A DNA stretch of 64,000 nucleotides from Vicugna vicugna (taxonomy: Eukaryota). This document shows positions 37,065 to 49,914 of this stretch, in pieces. The stretch covers positions 12,646,291-12,710,290 of the forward strand of contig MU059126.1 in assembly GCA_013265495.1 (NCBI GenBank), read 5' to 3'. The notes beneath the pieces are model-generated. The model saw nothing but the letters and a program-made list of their open reading frames with translations, was not told the origin of the DNA and made no database searches. How positions within the stretch are numbered: the first letter of the stretch is position 1; every line of letters begins with the position of its first letter. Made by a program: the position numbers and the translations under genes.

Positions 37065-37757
37065 TCCTAGGACAAGCAGATCCATGGAAAATCCATGGGA
37101 ATCTGGGCTTCTCTTAGCAGTGGTTCTCAAAGGGGGAAAAAAAACTATTCTAATAAATATTTCACAAGAAATTGGGGTTCTGAATCGTGAAGTAACCGGC
37201 CGTGACCACACAGCTAGCTAGTAAGCAGCAGAGTCGAGACAACCATCCGTTTTCTATTTGCAAAGCCTGTGTTTTTTCACTCCCATGGCCGTGCATCTCC
37301 AAGTTGCCTAATGGTAAGTACAGCTGAAGGCATTTGTTAGATACACAGGTGAAATGTCCTGATGGATCAGGCTTGGGAAACACTGCGCTAGGCCCTTCCT
37401 GCCTCCCACTCAGAGGCACCGCTCTGTGCCTGGGACTTCCTCCAGCCCCATCTTCTTCCAGAGCCGCCCCCAAGCTGTTCCCTCGATCGAGTGTGACACA
37501 AACCAACCTACTTGGTACTTCTTCAGCTGGAATCTCTCCAGAGATAAGCAAGCGTGTGTGGGAGTTATGCAAAGCTACAAGGTAAAAGGGGCCTTTTTAA
37601 TTTTTCTGAGCATCGTTTTCTTCCTCGGTGAGCAATTTAAGACATGAGAAACAGAGCTATTATAGACTGTAAGAGGAATTGTGTGTGTGCGCGCGTGCTT
37701 GCCTTGAACCTATGTCCCATCATAGGTCCTTCTTTCCTCCTTTTGGGGTAATTTGGT

Positions 37758-38236
37758 TGTTACTGAAGGCAAGTTCATGTGCCCGATGCACCACGAGGCC
37801 AGACAAACTGAAACATCAGAGTTCGGAGCAGAGAAAGGTTTACTGCAGGGTGGAGCAAGGAGGATGGGGGTGGCTCACGCCCAAGAAAACCCCGAACTCC
37901 CTGAAGGGTTTCAGCAAAGCAAACCTAAAGGCCAGGTGGGGGTGGGGGCAGGTCCCAGGGTGCGTGATCAGCTTGTTCACGGTTCTCTGATTGGCTGATG
38001 TGGAGGTAACAGAGCGGTCAACGCTATCAACCCCTAGGCACCAGAAGGTCTCAGGGCTATATGCTCTCCATCTTCAAGTTGTTAATTTCTTCCCTTTGGT
38101 GGTGCTTTTTAGCATCTGAATAACTCAGGAAATATACATGAGATGCTGTTATCTGGGTACTTCAGAGAGGAGCTACAGCAGAGGATATGGGGAGGCTCTG
38201 ACCCTGGAAGGCCCCACAGGGTCCAGCTCCGTTACA
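37758..38236 (-). mobile_element. ERV1-type solo LTR
   Basis: tgttact...gttaca termini, TSD tggt/aggt, ctgattggctgat CCAAT motif; orientation inferred. Confidence 0.82.
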
Positions 38237-38369
38237 AGGTGTCAAATTTGAATGCTTTCTGGCTCAATACACAAGACGATTTTTTTTTTTTTTTAGTAGC
38301 ATCCAGGAAGACAGCAAGGATATCCAAGGATAATTTACTCTTTTTAACGTTTTAAAAACATTATTTAAA

Positions 38370-38578
38370 CATTTTTTATTGGAGTATAGTCAGTTTACAA
38401 TGTTGTGTCAATTTCTGGTGTGCAGCACAGGGTTTCAGTCATACATACACATACATATATTCCTCTTCATGTTCTTTTTCATTATAGGTTTTTTTTTATT
38501 GAAGTATAGTCAGTTACAATGTGTCAGTCTCTGGAATACAGCACAACGTCCCAGTCTTGCATATACACACACATAGGT
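38370..38578 (-). mobile_element. Two stacked L1 3'-end fragments of different subfamilies
   Basis: Two T-run/tattg(g/a)agtatagtcagt starts; the second is bounded by ataggt at 38484-38489 and 38573-38578. Confidence 0.85.
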
Positions 38579-38681
38579 ATTTTTAATGAGGGGTTTACAG
38601 GCTAGTTTCTTTCCTGAAAAGCAGATAAGAAGCAACTCAGACACAGTACCGAATTTCAAGAAGCTACAGTCCAGTGGAGCT

Positions 38682-38850
38682 TGGGTTGCCAGATAAAATA
38701 CAGGACGCCTTATTAGATTTTAATGTCATATAAGTAAATCCCATGCAATACTTAGATACAGTGAAAGATTATTTATTGTTTATCTGAAACTCAAATTTAA
38801 CTAGATTCCTGCTTTCCCCTCTCGTATCTAGTGATCCTAAGTGGGGCCAG
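38682..38850. mobile_element. MER53-like hAT MITE
   Basis: gggttgccagataaaatacaggacgcc...ttgtttatctgaaactcaaatttaact. Confidence 0.7.
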
Positions 38851-39639
38851 AATGTCAGTACCCAGGCTTTATATAATACCGTTCCAGTATTGATTAGACA
38901 GTGAATGTTATTCCAATGGAACTACAAAGGAAGTGATTTCGAAGGAAGCAGGAGCCCCATCTGGTTGAGAAACTAAAGGAAGATGATGCAGGAGGTGGAA
39001 TTGGAGTTGAGCCTTAAAGAATAAGCAAGATTTGGAAGATGTCAGACATGGGTGGGTGCTCCAAGCAGGAGGGAAAGGGAGACAGGAAAATACAGAGCCA
39101 ATTTAGTATAGATTTTGTGTCAAGCAAATAAAGCTGAAAAGGGGTGCTGGGGGCGGAGGGCAGAGGGCAGAGGCCACCGCTGAGAAGGTATTTAGGGTTA
39201 ATCTGTTCCATCAGCACCGGGAAAACTGATGGTTTCACAGGATCTGGACTTCAAAGAAGGTTAGTCTGACCAGGGTCTGTAGAAAGAGAAGTTCAGTTAG
39301 AAGTCTGTTGCAATGATCTGTGTCAGCTTTTTTCTGTGAGTCACAGCTTTTCAGTGGGTTGTGAAGTTAATTTAATTGGTCACGACCAGCACTTTTAAAG
39401 AATTAAGCAGGAAAAAAAAAAGATTAAGAAATAATCAGTGTATATCAACCTCCATCACTCTGAAGTGTTGCTTTAATGAGTATTTGGAGTGTGAATGTGT
39501 CAGATGGGTCATGGTGGAAAATGTGCTTTTCCCAGAGTCACAGTCCAAAATGTGTGAAGGCCATTGTTCTATGCAGAAGGCGGATCAGTTGGTCTCTTTG
39601 CCTCACGCACACCGTCTTCTCAAGAAGCCATTCTCTCCT

Positions 39640-40120
39640 GCTGACTTCGGCCGGGGTTGTTCACTGGGCTCCATAACCCCTAGTTCAGACCAGGGTGAAC
39701 ATCTGACCCAAGAGGAACCAATGTATAGACTGAAGCTGAGCCAAGCATCCCATCCCGAGAACAGGTGTTACGAGACACAGCCCGCATGTCCATGGAATTG
39801 CGGGCTGCGGTCAGAAGCACCTCCGGTCTGGTAGCTGGTGCCCCCCCGTCCACCATCGGCAAACTGAAGCAACAAGCCAAGAGGGAGATGAGCACGTGTG
39901 AGAGTCCCCAAGAGGTGGAGAGACGTGAAACCCAGCCAAGTCACTGATGGACGGAGAGTAATTTTGTGTTCCAAATTTCTGCTGCTTGTCCCTGTGTGAC
40001 CAGACTATTCTTTCTGATTCTTCGATGTCTGTGAGATGACCTATTTTGTCTGCGTGCTTCTATTGGCAATACATTTCCCTTTTTCTTGAACCAGCTGGAA
40101 CAGATTCAGTTCTTTGCTAC
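39640..40120 (+). mobile_element. MLT1-type LTR
   Basis: catctgacccaagaggaaccaatg...ggcaatacatttcccttttt...gaaccagctggaacagattcagttctttgc; approximate. Confidence 0.6.
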
Positions 40121-41499
40121 TACAGTCTCCTACTAAGACACGCTACTTGGGCAATGATGATGCTAAGTAAATATTTATTGTGCAAGAAGAGGAAAGGAGA
40201 TATACGCACTTACTAAAAGGACCTGTCAGCTGAATAATAATAATAATAACAACAAATTATTATTATTTATTTGTTGCCTCGGTGTGCCCCAAAAGAGCCG
40301 GGTAGATAATCCACTGGTTGTAGCCATCGTGAATGTGAATTCTCACCACCACTCTACATCTGCAAATGTCGACACTGAGTCTCCAAGAGATGAGGGAACC
40401 AGTCCCGGTCACCTTACTAGGAAGTGACAGCAGGGACTTGTGCAGGGTCATCATCCTCCATTCTTAGTGCTTGACATCCCTCGATGTGGCCAGTGAAGGG
40501 CAGAGACAGACAGCCAGGATTGGTAAATCCCCGGCCCCAGTGATCATGAAAGTAGCCCAAATTCTGGCCGTGTCTCTCTTTCCCTTTTCATTTCTTTTTC
40601 AAATTACATTCCAACAGCAGTCAGTCAGCCTTGAAGCAGGAGACCATTTCCATACAACCCCAAATGAAGTGGAAACGACTATTATATATACTTAATCTGA
40701 TCAACAGCCAAGCCACACAATTCAGATTTACAAAAAAAAAAAATGAAAAAAAGAAAAACTTCTCGAGAGGTGATCTGTCTTCTCTGACTGCTAGTTTCAG
40801 TTCTGCACTAGCTCCACACGGAAGATTAAGAAGTCCCCGGCGAGGCGACCAGCAGGTGCTTAATGGTCTAACCCTTCAGCCCTCACATATTTTCTTGGTG
40901 TGGTTAGTGGCATGCCCACTCCCACCCCTTCTTCGCCTCCCAGGTCATCTCTTGCCCATCACCAGAAATGATGATAAACGAAGTCCAAATATACAGAGAG
41001 GGAGCAGAGAAGGAAAATGCCAGTTACTCAGTCCTGACAGACTGAGTGCCTGCTTGCAAGCTGCACAGGGATACACCTACAGAAGATGACTTTAATTAGA
41101 GCCAGATTCTGTTGAAAGGTTGGCAGAGTCTCTGAAATCCTTGTTTGCCTTGAAGTGCATGGAACGCTATGCATTTATATCATTTCCATGCCATATGTGA
41201 ATGGAGGAATATTAAATATTTATTCTTTGTCAGTTCCTAAATAGCACGCTGTTCAACTTTCCTGTTTACGAACACCACTCATTTATTTAGTCCATGGCTG
41301 CGTTTCCGGTGGGGTGATTGGGGGTGATAGTTGAAATACCACTTTTAGCAGATTCCTAGGTATTTAAAGAAAATGTAAACTTACAAAAGAAGGCATAGAA
41401 ATCTTATACCCATAAGATAAAGGAGAGGCCTCCTCATGGGCATCTAATCCCATGGTGTGGTAGGAAGGGCCTTTGGCACCAAGAAGATGGAGGTTTGCA

Positions 41500-41620
41500 C
41501 CAAAATTGTGTTCTTGCCACCTGTGTGACCTTGGACAAGTTAATGAACCTCTCTGATTCTTGTTGCTCATGTCTCTGAGATGCAAGATTGGTGTAAAATG
41601 AGAAGGACTGTATTGTGTCT
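41500..41620 (+). mobile_element. MIR
   Basis: ctgtgtgaccttggacaagttaatgaacctctctg. Confidence 0.7.
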
Positions 41621-41829
41621 GAAATTTTAATTTTCTTGCTAAAAATAACATCTTTCTGCCTACTTGATGCTAAGTTAGTAGGAGCCAATAATTCGTCAGT
41701 GCTTATCACATTACAGGCCACGTGGGTCTCGTTGTCACATGGTTGCCACATCTGTGTCACTTTGGGCTTCCTCACTAAGGAAGTGTCTGGGTCCCCAAAG
41801 TGAGCACCTTGTGGGAGGGGCAAGGGTGA

Positions 41830-42000
41830 GGGGGCGGGGAGAGTGCCAGGTGACGTGACCTGGCCTGGAAGTCACATAGCACCACTTCTGACACAGTGTA
41901 TTGGTGGGGGCAGTCATGAGCCCACCCAGGTACAAAAGGAGAAATAGGACTCCATCATGGGCAGAAGAGGGACAGAGTTCTCTTTGTGGAAGATTCTGTG
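41830..42000 (-). mobile_element. MLT1-type LTR fragment
   Basis: ctggaagtcacatagcaccacttctgacacagtgtattggtgggggcagtcatgagcccacccag. Confidence 0.65.
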
Positions 42001-43019
42001 GGGCCAGAAACATCACTGGACCATTCTGGGGAAATACTGTCTTGCGACAGAATGTGAGCGCCATGAGGGTCAGAAAGGATGGATGCTTCGTTCTCTATGT
42101 GGTCCCTTGTCTAGGAGAAAACTGACTCCCAGAAACGCACAATGCATTTTCATGGCATGACTGAAAGGAAGTTTGTGAGACCTGTGACTTGTCAAAGCCT
42201 TGATTTATGGAAGATGAAACTGAGACCCACTGAAAAGAACGAATCTGCGCAAAGTAAAGGTTGGGCGAAATCTGAGGTTCCTGCTTCCAGCCTCATGTGC
42301 TTTCCACACCCAAAATGCTGCCTCTCTTGGATGGAGTTACTGGGAAAATCGGAGAGTTAAAAAACCAAGTTGTGATTCAATGTCTGGCGATAATGACCAA
42401 TTTTGGAGCTCCCAGAGAGCTCCTGGAAGTAACAGCCCTTCTCCCAACAAAATATCAGCCCTATAAATTGCTACTTGTTAAGAAACTTGTGGGAGTGCAC
42501 CAGATTCATCGAAATAGCTGGAAACCAAGAGCAATTATTATAGAACTGATCGCCCATGAGTCAACCCATTAAGATTTGGATTGTCCTGTATTGTGAGGTG
42601 CCAATGGGCCAAATGCTGTGATATTTGGAAAGGACCATCACTTGCCCTCTGAATACGATTTGAAGCAATTTGAGCCAAAAAAGCAATCTTGCATGGGATT
42701 CCTGGTGGAATTTTTTGTGGCTCCCAAGCAATACGTGTTTAGCAAGTCACTGCTAGGCTCGTTGTAACTGTCCTTGTTTCAGAAGACTGCACAGCGTTCA
42801 TATCATCCAATTAAACTAGTTTATTAGCAGATTGGTATTAGATGATACTGTTAAACCTCTTCTGGAGTTCAAAGACAATAAATCAAAGATCAGAGCAATG
42901 CCCACAACATTGCACAGTTAGCGTATTAATAAGATGGAAAACAAGGCAAAAGCTTGTGAACCACAACAGCAGGACAGTGGTTAAACACACTGAATTGCCA
43001 CCAAGTTCTCTGGACTCAA

Positions 43020-43220
43020 ATAGCCCTTGCATTACCTACTAGCTGTTTGAATTTTGTGAGCTGCTTGAGCTTCCTGCCCACAGTTGATCTAATGGAGATA
43101 ATCATAGCATATACTCGTGATGTTGTTTGAAGAGCATGAAAAATTAACAAACATAAAGCATCTATAACTGCGCTTGGGGTATAACAATGGCTTTGTGAAC
43201 GTTAGCTGTGATTATTATTA
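43020..43220 (+). mobile_element. MIR
   Basis: cattacctactagctgt...aatggagataatcatag. Confidence 0.6.
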
Positions 43221-43920
43221 TACAAAGAATTCATCCATCTGAACATTTGATCACCTCCCAGCAAGGATGAGGGGGAGTGCTGAGACAGAAACTGCCACGT
43301 CCTGCACCTGATCTCCTGGCCTTCACATCCTCCACTATGAAGGCTCTTTTCTTCCCTTTCTTAGGAGCTGTGCTTGTAGTTAAGATCCGTTGAAAAGGTT
43401 ATCCATAATTTGGTTCAATAGATCTTTTTCCTATAAACGCTGGCAGATGGAGAGGCGCAAAAGCTGGACTTCCGAGGACCAATGTCTGCGGTTCACTGAA
43501 CTGGGATGTTTCCCTGAAATGAAGCTGTGGGCAGCAGGGTGAGAGGAAGGAGCCCAAAGGAGCCCCGGACCAGGAAGAATTAAAGCTCAGCAGGAAGTAG
43601 GGTCCATCTGCCTCTCCTTAGTGAAGGAAAAGGCTTACATCTGCTTCCATCCCTTGTGGCAGCTGGGTTAATGATCTCCTCTGCGTTTGCCACGTAATCC
43701 CCACGTACATGGACAGAGGGCCCACCCGCCCTGAATTCTCTGCTAAATCCTCCTTTACACAGGGAAGCTGTCAAGAGTCCAAGTGTAACTTGTTGCCTCT
43801 TCCTACAGACTCACTTCCAGAGCAGGGGAGGAAGACAGCAAGCCTTGACACTGACTGTGCAGAAATCCCGCCATGTTTCATTACATAAAAGTAAAACCAT
43901 GTTACCTTACATAAGATTTT

Positions 43921-44570
43921 ATGTACAATGGAATATTACTCAGCATTAAAAAAGAATGAAATATTGCCATTCGCACTGAAAATGGATAGAATTAGAGAAT
44001 ACTATGCTTAGTGAAATAAGGTAGAGAAAGACAAATACTTAAGTAGAGTATGATACTTAAGTATGATACTTAAGTATAAGTATGATATCACTTATATGTA
44101 GAATCTAAAAAAGTTAGACAAATGAATGTACATGCAAAATGGAAAGAGATTCACAGACATAGAAAACAAACATGTGGTTAGTTACCCAAGGGGGAGCAGG
44201 GATGGGGGAGGGACAAATTAGGAGTATGGGATTAACAGGTGCAAATTACTATATGTAAAATAGTGGAAGAAGTTATAGCTCAGTGGTAGAGTGCGTGCTT
44301 AGCATGCACGAGGTCCTGGGTTCAATCCCCAGTACTTCCATTTAATTAATTAATTAATTAATTAAAAACCTAATTAACCCCCCCAAAAAACACCCAAAAA
44401 CAAAGATTGAAAAAATAGATAAGAAACAAGGATACACTGTACAGCACAGGGAATTATACCCAGTATCTTGTAATACCCTATAATGGAATCTAATCTGCCA
44501 AAATGCTGACTCACTTTGCTGTACACCTGAAACTAGCAGACTGTTGTAAATCAAGTATACTTCAATGAAG
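43921..44570 (+). mobile_element. L1 3' end (older) interrupted by a SINE
   Basis: tacaatggaatattactcagcattaaaaaagaatgaaa...ctgtacagcacagggaattatacccag...gtacacctgaaac; contains a short tandem expansion agtatgatactta. Confidence 0.88.
44264..44411 (+). mobile_element. tRNA-Ala(AGC)-derived SINE (camelid vic-1 type)
   Basis: tatagctcagtggtagagtgcgtgcttagcatgcacgaggtcctgggttcaatccccagtacttcca with intact A and B boxes, (TTAA)n and A-rich tail, TSD aaaatag; 5' acceptor-stem strand degenerate. Confidence 0.92.
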
Positions 44571-44589
44571 GAAAAGATTCGACATTTAA

Positions 44590-44790
44590 AAAGTTACTGA
44601 GCTTTCTCTCCTGCTCAGCGCTCCACTGTATTCTCGTGAACAAGCTCATGAAGTCGGTTCTATGGCTGCACCCATTTCACAGATGAGGAAACAGCGGCTC
44701 AAGGAAGTTAAGTCACTCGCCTTAAGGGAGAACAAAGCTGAGAGTCAGAATGAGGTCTGCCCAACTCCAAAGCCCATGCCATCTAGATCT
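44590..44790 (-). mobile_element. MIR
   Basis: cccatttcacagatgaggaaacagcggctcaaggaagttaagtcactcgcc. Confidence 0.8.
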
Positions 44791-44969
44791 GGGTGAAACT
44801 GTATCCACATGGCCTGCGATGCCCGGATGCTCCAGTCCCCACACCCCGCTCTCCCTCCCTCAGGCCATTCCAGCCCCACTGGCCTCCTCATTATTCCATG
44901 AAGATGCCTGGCCCGGCCCTGCCTGGGGCCATGTCTGTAGCTGATCTCCAGCTGGAAAGTTTGTCCCCC

Positions 44970-45310
44970 AGATACCCACTTCATTCACGTGCTCATCTTG
45001 GTCCTTCTTCACTCTCATCTTTCCCTGGGAATTACTTTGAACTGTTCAATACTAGGAACTGCCTCTCCATCCTCCACTGACCGTGACCTCCGTAGCTAGC
45101 TCAATTTTCTTCTCTTCTTCCAAACATACAACTTCCTAACTTACTATACAACTTTCTTATTTTCAGGTTTATTGTTTATCTATTTCTCCCACTAAAATGG
45201 AAGCCCAATGAGAGCAGGGATCCTTCTTTAATTCACGGAGGGTCCCAAGCACCTGTAACAGGACCTGGCACATAGTAGGTGCTCAATAAATAGTTCTCCA
45301 ATGGAGTGAG
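44970..45310 (+). mobile_element. L2 3' end
   Basis: gaagcccaatgagagcaggga...ggcacatagtaggtgctcaataaata. Confidence 0.78.
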
Positions 45311-46929
45311 TAGCCCTTCCCTACATGCAGATCTGCCTTTCTTCAGCCATTCTCTCTTCTTATCCTTAGAAGTTTCCACATGCCTCAACTGTGTCCCACA
45401 AAAATCTTGCTAATGTCTCTAAATATTTATTTGGAATCTGAGTAGGTTCTATTGATACTTACATGGAGCATTTTCCTTCACAGTCGTTCAGACCTTCCCT
45501 TCTCACTTTCTTCTTTCTTCTCTCCTTCCCTCCCTTCCAAGATTTTACAAGCCACTTACCATATGCCTGCCAATCTTTCACTTTCTGTGGATGAGATGAT
45601 GAAAACCTCATCACCTTTCACCTCTAGACGACCACTGACTGTCAGGTCAGACTCACCAGAAGGAGACCCCAAGACCAGGGTTCATTTGCAGCTGATCAGT
45701 TGATTTCTTTGGTGCTCTTAGGAGAAGCCAATGAAGGAATAGAGGAATCAGGACACGGGGTGGGGAGAAAGCCAATCACAGGTGCCATTTCAGACAAAAT
45801 CTCAGCCTCACACTAGTCCTGCCAGAGACGTCTGGACTCTGAATTGCCTCTCAGAGTTTGTCTGAGGCAAGAGAGCTGGGCTTCCATACCCCACACCAGT
45901 GAGTCCTGAGCTACAGGATGCCCTGGGGGTGAGATTAAACCCTCAGGCGCCTGCATCTCTCTACCTGAAGCAGCTCTGGTAGCTCCAGGCCAAGGAGAGC
46001 AGGTGCTGGCTCACACGGCAGACCGGGGAGGGGCTCAGGTAATGGAGATTCTAGGGGCCCTGGGTGAGCAGAGGCAATGTCCACTCCCCTTCATTGTCTT
46101 TACCATTCAGTGTGGGACTTGATTGCTTTCTCTTTGGTACTTTACGGCATCTCCACCCCCACGTCTTCCAGATTTCTTCCTTCTCCCCCATGGATACATT
46201 TATCGAGCACCTATAATGGAACAAGCACTGTGCCAGGGACTGAACACAGGATCCACAGCCTGCTGCTGCTTACAGAGCCACGCTCTGTGTCTTTAACCAC
46301 GTGAATGGCTGTAGCCACAGTCACCCCCCGTCTGACATTTATTCTGTTGAATTCTATTGAATATTCAAGAGGTGGGGAACTTGAGTCCATCTCTTAATGG
46401 GAAATTCTGCAAAGTCATCTTGCAAAGGTAATGGGTACCAGGAGGACATTAATGGGCATCAAGAAAATGCAATCAACCTACCACAGATACTTTCGTTTTC
46501 CCTTCTTCATTTATGTCCTCTTCCTGGCATCCAAGGCCTTCACTGCTCAATCTTCACCTTGGCTGAGCTGGTGTTTTTGCCTTTACTATTAAACAGAAGC
46601 CTTCTACCCTGACTAGCTCAGGCTCTTGGCTTTGCCTCAGTGACTCCCCGTCTCAGGTCCCTGGACCAGTGTGGTCCCCCTCCCTCTCACCCATTCAAGC
46701 CCTACTCATCCTTCTAGTCTTGGCTCAAGTCTTACCTCCCACCTGTAGCCATCCTCGACTTCTCTTGAGCTCCCTCCTGCCCCCCACCCTGAACTCTGGT
46801 TAATACTTGCAAGTCATTCAGGTCAGCCTAGGAGTTAATAAAAGTTAGATGCTCTCAGGAAATTTTTAAAAGTCCACCTGCCAACCCTAGAAGAAGATTG
46901 CAGAGAAGCAAGATCACATAGGGAAGAAA

Positions 46930-47140
46930 TGCAAAGCCTCAGTGGTCAAACCAATCTGGGTTGAATTGCTACTCACCCACGTACCAGCTGTGTGACTTTG
47001 GACAAGTGACTCACACTCTCTGAACCTCAAATGTGTCATCTGTTAAATAACATACTGTATCATAGAGTTTTCCTGGAGAGTAAACAAGGTAATATACATA
47101 AAGCACTCAGCACAGTGCCTGACACACAGTGTTCAGTAAG
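46930..47140 (+). mobile_element. MIR
   Basis: cagctgtgtgactttggacaagtgac...cacagtgcctgacacacag. Confidence 0.8.
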
Positions 47141-47794
47141 TGGTCGCTACAGCTGTCGCTGCCACTGTGATAGTATCTCCTCAAGTCAGTGATTCATTCA
47201 GCGTCTGCCTTTCCTCTGATTCCTTTGTCTGATTGAATGTGGTAAGTCAGAGTCACCAAGCTATCGGTTGCCTCTTTATTTTGACGACCCTAGTGAGTTA
47301 CGCTAGAAAGAACCTTTGTTTATTTGAATCAAGTGTTACTCCAAATGTCAAGATTTGCTAGCTGGGAAAGGGAGAAATCAAACGATTTTCTTGTGTGATA
47401 TTAGATTTAGTCATCTTGTCTGGATTAATCACATTTCATTGGACTCTAACGCCAATCTAACCCTAGCTATTTGGCAAGATTAGTCACGATGACTGATCGC
47501 CTCCTGACACTCGAGTCTTTCATGTAGCTCCTGAATATGTGCAGCCTCTTTGTGGGATAATCTGCTTTTCTCCAAAAGATTGCCACTTTCAGATGGTTAG
47601 AAGCACATCAGTGTTCTGAGCCCAAGAAGTTTGTTTAAAACTTGATAATACGCAACACGTTTAACTTAAATCCAGGAAAGAACAAAATGATACGCAGAAT
47701 TTTTCGTGAGCTAGAATTGGATTGTGTCCTCAACAGGGCTAAGAGGCACCACCAAGTAACCAAGGAACATAGATGCGAGCATCCCACATGTGTG

Positions 47795-47925
47795 GGATAG
47801 ATGGAAGGATGGTTGGATGGATGGAAGGAAGGATGGTTGGATGGATGGAAGGATGGTTGGATGGAAGGAAGGATGGATGGATGGAAGGAAGGATGGATGG
47901 ACAGACAGACGGACGGATGGACAGA
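47795..47925. repeat. Degenerate (GGAT/GGAA)n array
   Basis: ggatggatggaaggaaggatgg repeats. Confidence 0.92.
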
Positions 47926-49914
47926 AAAATGAGTAAACTAGATTACAGTGAAGCCCAGAGTTTCTAATGAGAACAATATTGCAGGTCTTAAGCCCCTCTG
48001 AATCCTTTAAGGATCAAGGCAGAATATTAATTAATTTACTAAAATCCCCAGTTTACCAGGCTAGTGGCTCTTTCAAGAAAAGGAAATCAGATTATATTAC
48101 AAATACTGTAATTACCTTAACAATCTTCCTCCAGGGATTTTTTTTCCCCTCTTCTAATCTATACTATAAATCGCCTCTAAATTAATCTTCTTGGAATTTA
48201 ATCTTTTATTAATTTATTCCTAACACCACCTATCATTTCTTTTTCTCTCCTACTTCTTCGATTCATTCATCACATATTTCAATTAAACAGCAATAATGTT
48301 CTCTTTAAGGATGGTATTTCCTTTTCAATGGGAGTAGGTGATTTTTTCTGCTCAAGGTAGAAATGTCTTAGAAAGGACCTGTTTGATCGGAAAGTCAAAT
48401 ATCCCTCCCTAAAAATGTATTTACCCGTTCACTCTCTTCTTTTTGTAAGCTGTTTAAACCACTAGAGGATCTCAGGGGCAAAGAGCAGCATCCATGTTGA
48501 GATCCCCCGTGACACGTGACAGAAGAATAGACAGGTGCAGTTATTTTGAAAATAGAAATTTAGACTGATAACTGACTCTCATAGGAAGCTAAACTTTTAC
48601 ACGACCCTCTTCGAGTGGCTTGTTCTACAAGGAAGACCTTAAGAAATAATTAGTATCCATTTCCCAGAACATTTTATAACAATGAGAATAACACCTCCTA
48701 TTTCTCGAAATCTTACTTGTCTGCCAGCCACGATGCTAAAGGTTCTCCATCTATCTGTTTATTTAATTATATTTAATACAGAGTAGGCACTGTTGGACTC
48801 CCAGTTTCATGGATGAAAAAGCTGAAGTTCAGCAATGTGGAGTCCTTCCATAAACCTGGAAAGCCAGTGCCCCGGGCACTGGTAACCACTCTGAACAACC
48901 GATAAATGAGTGTAGGCGAAGGAGACAGGGAGTGAATGCAAACATTTTAGCATTGAACACATAGCAGGCCCTGTGCTCCGTGCTTTCCAGGTATTTCTTT
49001 CAATCAACGCACCAGCGCTGCCCTTAACACAGTACCTGACTCAAAGTACCCACTTGATATATGTTGACTCAAACAGCCAAATGAGTACTTCCAACTAGAA
49101 AGCACTGGGCGTCAGGTCTGGAGGTAGCAGAGGAGTTCATTCTTTGTTCCGCAGAATTGGGAGTGACTCAACCTCCCGATCAGGAGAGCTATGACAATAC
49201 TCTTCATGGACGTGGACTGTTGGATGGAAAAACAATAATGTAAAAATGTGGATACGTTTTTCAGACTGAAGATGTAGTTTCGGTTTACCTCAATAAACCA
49301 CTAGAAATAATGGCCAGAAGTGTGTTAGTTAAAAATATGAAGGATGAGTGGGATCTGCGACAGGGTCCAGAGTCAAACGTTATGGATTATTTGTCAAGGC
49401 AGGGGTTCCAGAGGACAGAGAAGGTGGCTGGAATGGTCCCCTGGACACGGAGATCTGAAGGGAGCCCCACCCAACTCCAGGCAGAGAATTCAGGCATAGG
49501 GACCAGACTTGTCACACTTCGTCTGACCCAACAGCAATGGATACAAACGTGAGGCAAGATTCTACAAGACAGGGCAGACCTGCGGGCCATTCTGTCCCCT
49601 ATATGTAAATTAGCTGTCAGACGCCCCTCCTACCTGCCGGCCAGTGCAGCAGCCCCGCCCCTTTCCAGCCACCCATAGGAAGCTGCCTTCTGCAAACACT
49701 TGGCTCATACTCATGCATCCCTCTCACCCCTACCCCTTCCTTTTTCTTCCCCAGGTATTCGATGGAAGGGAAAAGAGAGCCAGCAGCAGCTCCCTCTGTT
49801 TTTACGATTATTTTCTCCCTGGCGAACCTGGGGGTGATAGCAAGAGCTGCAAAGAGAACACAGCTCAGAAAATACGAAGGGCTTTGAAAATCAAATCCAG
49901 ATGAGAGGCTGTGC

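Noticed and set aside
41813-41840. Potential G-quadruplex
   Set aside because: At the edge of an old LTR; such G-runs are common and there is no functional context.
44269-44340. Functional tRNA-Ala gene
   Set aside because: The 5' acceptor-stem strand is degenerate (gaagt instead of GGGGG); it has a SINE tail and TSD and sits inside an L1.
29686-47925. (CCAT)n and (GGAT)n arrays in inverted orientation
   Set aside because: A common mammalian simple repeat, degenerate and 18 kb apart; no evidence of a shared origin.
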